Source of the DNA: Takakia lepidozioides
Taxonomy: Eukaryota; Plantae; Bryophyta
Length of the DNA: 64,000 nt
Direction: 5' to 3'
NCBI GenBank assembly: GCA_030704615.1
Contig: CM060731.1
Coordinates: 62,496,001-62,560,000 of the forward strand
This document shows, piece after piece, positions 59,778 to 64,000 of this stretch (the stretch's first letter is position 1; each line of letters begins with the position of its first letter). The translations under genes and the position numbers were made by a program. The notes under the pieces are model-generated. The model was not told the origin of the DNA. It ran no database searches and saw only the letters and a program-made list of their open reading frames with translations.

Positions 59778-62194
59778 TTGTAATCATAAGACGTTGTTTG
59801 CCGTAGCCTTGTGGCCATTGACCCCGCGCCCAGTTTGAGCGGGAACAAAAGGGACAGAACCTACCTCTGTCAGGGGCTGACGTTGGTAGTAAGACTTACC
59901 TTCATATATAGAATTAATCCGGGTTTTCCAGATATCCTCTAGAAATCCCTTCACACAAGCATCAATCTGCTGTGTGTGATTTGCCCAAAAACTAGGCCTC
60001 AGGAGGGCCTGGGCTTTTGGCTCAGCCTCGAGACTTTCAAAGTTGGTAAACAGGGGTACAGGCACAATTCCCTTGATAGATTTGAAGAGAGCGTCTCTTT
60101 GGTGAGAGAACCCCGGACAGTGTATCAGAAATGAATACTGTCTTCAGATTGCCCACACAACGGGCAATTGCACTCTCCCTTTCCTCTCTGCTTCTGTTTG
60201 CTGTTCAAAGGTAGGCTTCCTGCCCTGAGTTTAAATTTCAGTCTAGTGCCGAGAGTGGGTAGACCCTTGAGGTCATCCAAGATGTCCTCCCCCATGTCAC
60301 TGACTGGAAACAAGTTCAGGGAAGTTTTCTGCCTAACTTCATTTTCATCAGACAATCTCATGGAACAGACATGGCTTTGGACACTACAGCCTCTAAGTCA
60401 GATTTATCCAGCAGGGTCAAAGACTTGCGGATCCAGGTCCAGGTCCTTGAGAATCTCTTCTACTCTCTTCTGCCAGGATCATATCTTCACTCTAAGCCAG
60501 ATTATCCAGGGAAGGAAAAAAGAAGGGAAACCCACTTATGTCTTTTTCCTGGATGTCAAAAGGGCTTATGACACAGTGTGGAGAGATGGCCTATGGTTCC
60601 GCCTCTGGTCTTGTGGGATCAAGGGAAAGATGTGGAGAGTTGTCCACAACTTGTATGCTCCCCTCTGCTCTTCAATGTTTTCATCAATCAACTCCTCGAG
60701 GATGTGGAAAGTGAGGGATTTGGGTTAAGGGTGGGTGATACCACCATACCAGCCCTTATGTTTGCGGATGACTTCGCAGGCATAGGGGAGACTCCAACCA
60801 ATCTCCAGGAGTTGATTGATTGCGCGAAGAGATACTTTGATCTTTGGGGGCTAGAGGCTAATGTCAGCAAATGTGCAGTGGTAGCATTCAACGACAGAGG
60901 AGAGGGAGGAAGTGATCTTAAGTGGCAGTGGGGTAGCCAAGAGATCCCGGTCCTCCCTTCCTACACTTACCTGGGCGTTGAGTTCTCCTCCAATTGTAAT
61001 TGGGATGCACATATCCGGAAAGTTGTTCAAACTGGCAAGGGCAAAGCTCTGGGGCTCACTAAATTTTTCCACTGCAGAGGGGTCAACTCTGAGGTTAAGA
61101 AAACCATGCTTTGTCGCGTTATTAGACCTGCCTTGGAGTACGGATCTGCTATATGGGTTGATAACTCCAACCAGGCTGAGTCTCTAGAATCCATTCAAGT
61201 GGGGGTGCTTAAGGAGTGTATGTCAGCATGCTCCAAAACAGCCAATGTGGCTGTTCGGGGTGAGTTGGGCATTCCGTCCTTAAGCTCCCGACGAGATGAA
61301 TTCAAGGTCAGATGGTGGGGTCAGCTGCAACATATGCCCAACACCAGATATCCTAAGTTAATCGACTCTATATCTTGGAAACAGGACCGCCCTGTCAAAC
61401 AGGCTAAGTCCTGGCAGAAGAGAGTAGAAGAGATTCTGAAGGACCTGGACCTGGATCCGCAAGTCTTGACCCTGCTGGATAAATCTGACTTAGAGGCTGT
61501 AGTGTCCTCAGCCATGTCTGTTGCCATGCGATTGTCTGATGAAAATGAAGTTAGGCAGAAAACTTCCCTGAACTTGTTTCCAGTCTGTGACATGGGGGAG
61601 GACATCTTGGATGACCTCAAGGGTCTACCCACTCTCGGCACTAGACTGAAATTTAAACTCAGGGCAGGAAGCCTACCTTTGAACAGCAAACAGAAGCAGA
61701 GAGGAAAGGGAGAGTGCAATTGCCCGTTGTGTGGGCAATCTGAAGACAGTATTCATTTTCTGATACACTGTCCGGGGTTCTCTCACCAAAGAGACGCTCT
61801 CTTCAAATCTATCAAGGGGGAATTGTGCCTGTACCCCTGTTTACCAACTTTGTAAGTCTCGAGGCTGAGCCAAAAGCCCAGGCCCTCCTGAGGCCTAGTT
61901 TTTGGGCAAATCACACACAGCAGATTGATGCTTGTGTGAAGGGATTTCTAGAGGATATCTGGAAAACCCGGATTAATTCTTTATGTGGAGGTAAGTCTTA
62001 CTACCAATGTCAGCCCCTGACAGAGGTAGGTTCTGTCCCTTTTGTTCCCGCTCAAACTGGGCGCGGGGTCAATGGCCACAAGGCTACGGCAAACAACGTC
62101 TTATGAGTACAATCTCTTCTGCCAGGACTTAGCCTGTTTGACAGGGCGGTCCTGTTTCCAAGATATAGAGTCGATTAACTTAGGATATCTGGTG
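59778..62194 (-). mobile_element. 5'-truncated RTE/RTEX-type LINE (outer copy, split by a nested insertion)
   Basis: 59778-60478 plus 62128-62194 are the reverse complement of 61341-62112. 10-bp TSD TGTCCAAAGA (59768-59777, 62195-62204). Confidence 0.85.
60479..62112 (+). mobile_element. 5'-truncated RTE/RTEX-type LINE (inner copy) with RT and C-terminal zinc finger
   Basis: FLDVKRAYDTVWR, SPLLFNVFIN, LMFADD, YTYLG, CPLCGQSEDSIHFLIHC. The QG motif is deleted. 15-bp TSD TCTCTTCTGCCAGGA (60464-60478, 62113-62127). Confidence 0.9.
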
Positions 62195-63149
62195 TGTCCA
62201 AAGAGTGAGTACTAAAGCAAGAAATGTTATCTTACACAAGGAATACCTGTTACGTATGAGAGTGATCAGTCTGATGGGGACACATCAATCACAATCTTTG
62301 AGACGGATATTCTGGGTTCTTTTATCTGTATGCAACTAACTGCTTACATGCCTAATTTCAGTCACAACAACCGAGGTGGCTGGGTCTGGGTCTACAATGC
62401 CCACTTTTCTAGTGTATCTCAGAGTCCTTGCTCTATTGAAGCTTTTACCAAAGTGCTTCAATAAACCTGTTTTGAAGTACATGGATCACTTCTTCACACT
62501 ATCTGGTGGCTTAAGAAAATCCGCCGCACAGCTTTATAGAAGCCCCAAGTGAAGGGCACCCTCCTTTGTTTTTATAGCAAAGATCCATCTGGTGCTTGAA
62601 AAAGAAATACTGATAATCAACCAGTCTCTCTCAGTGATTCATGGTCTACTGGTGTGAGCTGTGAGGTCTAAATGGTCCGCAATCCGGCACATTAGTCATC
62701 AGGTGATCACAAGCGCATGTGCCTTCGATCAGAAACGAAGAAACAAAGGTGCAAAATGGCACCGGAGACACAAGCACAGGACAAGACACAGACTGGGAGA
62801 CACAAATGCACACATGTGAAGCATCTCTGGCTTAAAGAGATCTAATGAACCCCACTTCCGGCCCAAAGGCACGAAGAACCGCAAGCCAGTGTGAGAATGT
62901 TGTGCACAATCTCTCATCGTTTAGAATAAGATGAATTGATTAATGAAGAATACTTTATCCAGTGATGGCATCTGTCGGCTGCAACAACGTGGACTAGAAT
63001 TTCGAGCAGAGTGTGTCACAATGCTGGGCCCAAGATCGATCTAGCCACAATCCGACACAGATCTCGCAGTGATTGCGCGGCCATTCACTGCAGAGCGACA
63101 GGCAACCTCGCATCTATATCTCCATAGCTATGGCTAGAGATAGAGATTC

Positions 63150-63480
63150 TACAATTTCCGTAACCAGGACAGATCGCATAAAAACAACGTAGCACTAGAG
63201 AGACACGCCTGATCAGTATATATACCTCTGGTATCATAAAACACGGGGCGAAGGAAATGACGTGATGTTCCATCTCCACTTCTCTAAGGGGGCAAGCTGG
63301 GCAAATCCAATCCTCATGGAGCAGTCTGCCTGTCTCAATCTGGGGATTGTGCGAGCCACTCTGGTGAGCAATGCGGGGGAGCATGGTGGACAAGAATCTA
63401 TCCAAGGGCCAGTTTGATCAGGTACAATGGCTGGTGCTTCTGTCCCTGCCATTGGATGGGAAGAAGATATCTTTGGTTGC
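63150..63480 (-). mobile_element. RTE-type LINE 3' fragment (different family)
   Basis: HNPQIETGR...ICPACPLREVEMEHH C-terminal zinc-finger signature. Confidence 0.6.
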
Positions 63481-63849
63481 CAGTGCTGCCTTTCGTGCTG
63501 GGGCCATCCTTCAGCAGTCTGTTATTTAAATCGGCATGTTTTTGCTCGGCATCATGCAGCCTAAGTAACTCTTTGGGCTTTTGGTTGAGGATTTGGCTCG
63601 TGTTTACAGAGAGCCTGAGAGGCTTTGGCTTCCTGTTTTAGCAGGGCTTGTGCCTTTCTTTAGACCTGTTTGGTGCACTTGCAGGTTCTTGACTTTGGCG
63701 TTACTTGCTTTTTCTGCTGCTTGCCTTATAAGGCTCTAGGTTTGGCTGAGGTTGTCCAATATCTTGATCTGGATCTTGCGCCTTCCCTCTAGTACAGAGA
63801 GATAAAGAGACACGCCTTGATCCACCAAAATGGACATGGGACTGACCCA

Positions 63850-64000
63850 CGTCGTCCATGAGACCACATCTCGTTTAGCCATTCTGGTGAACACTTGATG
63901 CGCATCCCTTATGCTACGGCAATGTCAACAAGGGTATTCTCCACAATAATGTCTGGCACCAAACACACTTTCAGCATGTCACATGTACCTGCTTGCCCTT
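63850..64000 (-). pseudogene. PPR pseudogene fragment running off the window
   Basis: Reverse complement gives KGKQVH..PDIIVENTLVD..DAHQVFTRMAKRDVVSW. Confidence 0.75.

Overview
Eukaryotic nuclear DNA from a land plant, probably a seed-free lineage (inferred from the very regular PLS-class PPR genes and the TE types). The window is mostly transposons, plus one near-intact PLS-E PPR gene with an eroded DYW tail, two PPR pseudogenes, a spliced A1 aspartic protease gene or pseudogene, and isolated host-gene exons (TPP2, cystathionine gamma-synthase, DUF2921-like). The main finding is an 11-kb minus-strand Ty3/Gypsy retrotransposon (8244-19239, TG...CA ends, 4-bp TSD TATG) with four unusual features. 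(1) A DNMT3-like C5 cytosine methyltransferase lies in frame with gag-protease, just before RT. (2) The DDE integrase ends in a PHD finger. (3) The LTRs are split (X - internal - Y-GC-X - Y), exactly the shape of a 2-LTR circle opened at a palindrome (GACA^GC^TGTC) inside the LTR. (4) The primer-binding site is complementary to the element's own LTR (Tf1-like self-priming). This copy is dead: the RT core is deleted and it has many stops. Also present: piggyBac-like (TTAA), CACTA, hAT and Harbinger non-autonomous elements with intact TSDs; a ~9-kb L1-clade LINE; a TSD-bounded ORF1-only LINE derivative; an orphan 492-aa ORF next to a PPT and LTR; and an RTE-type LINE inserted antisense into its own family. 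All calls are by-eye motif and repeat recognition; no database search was run.
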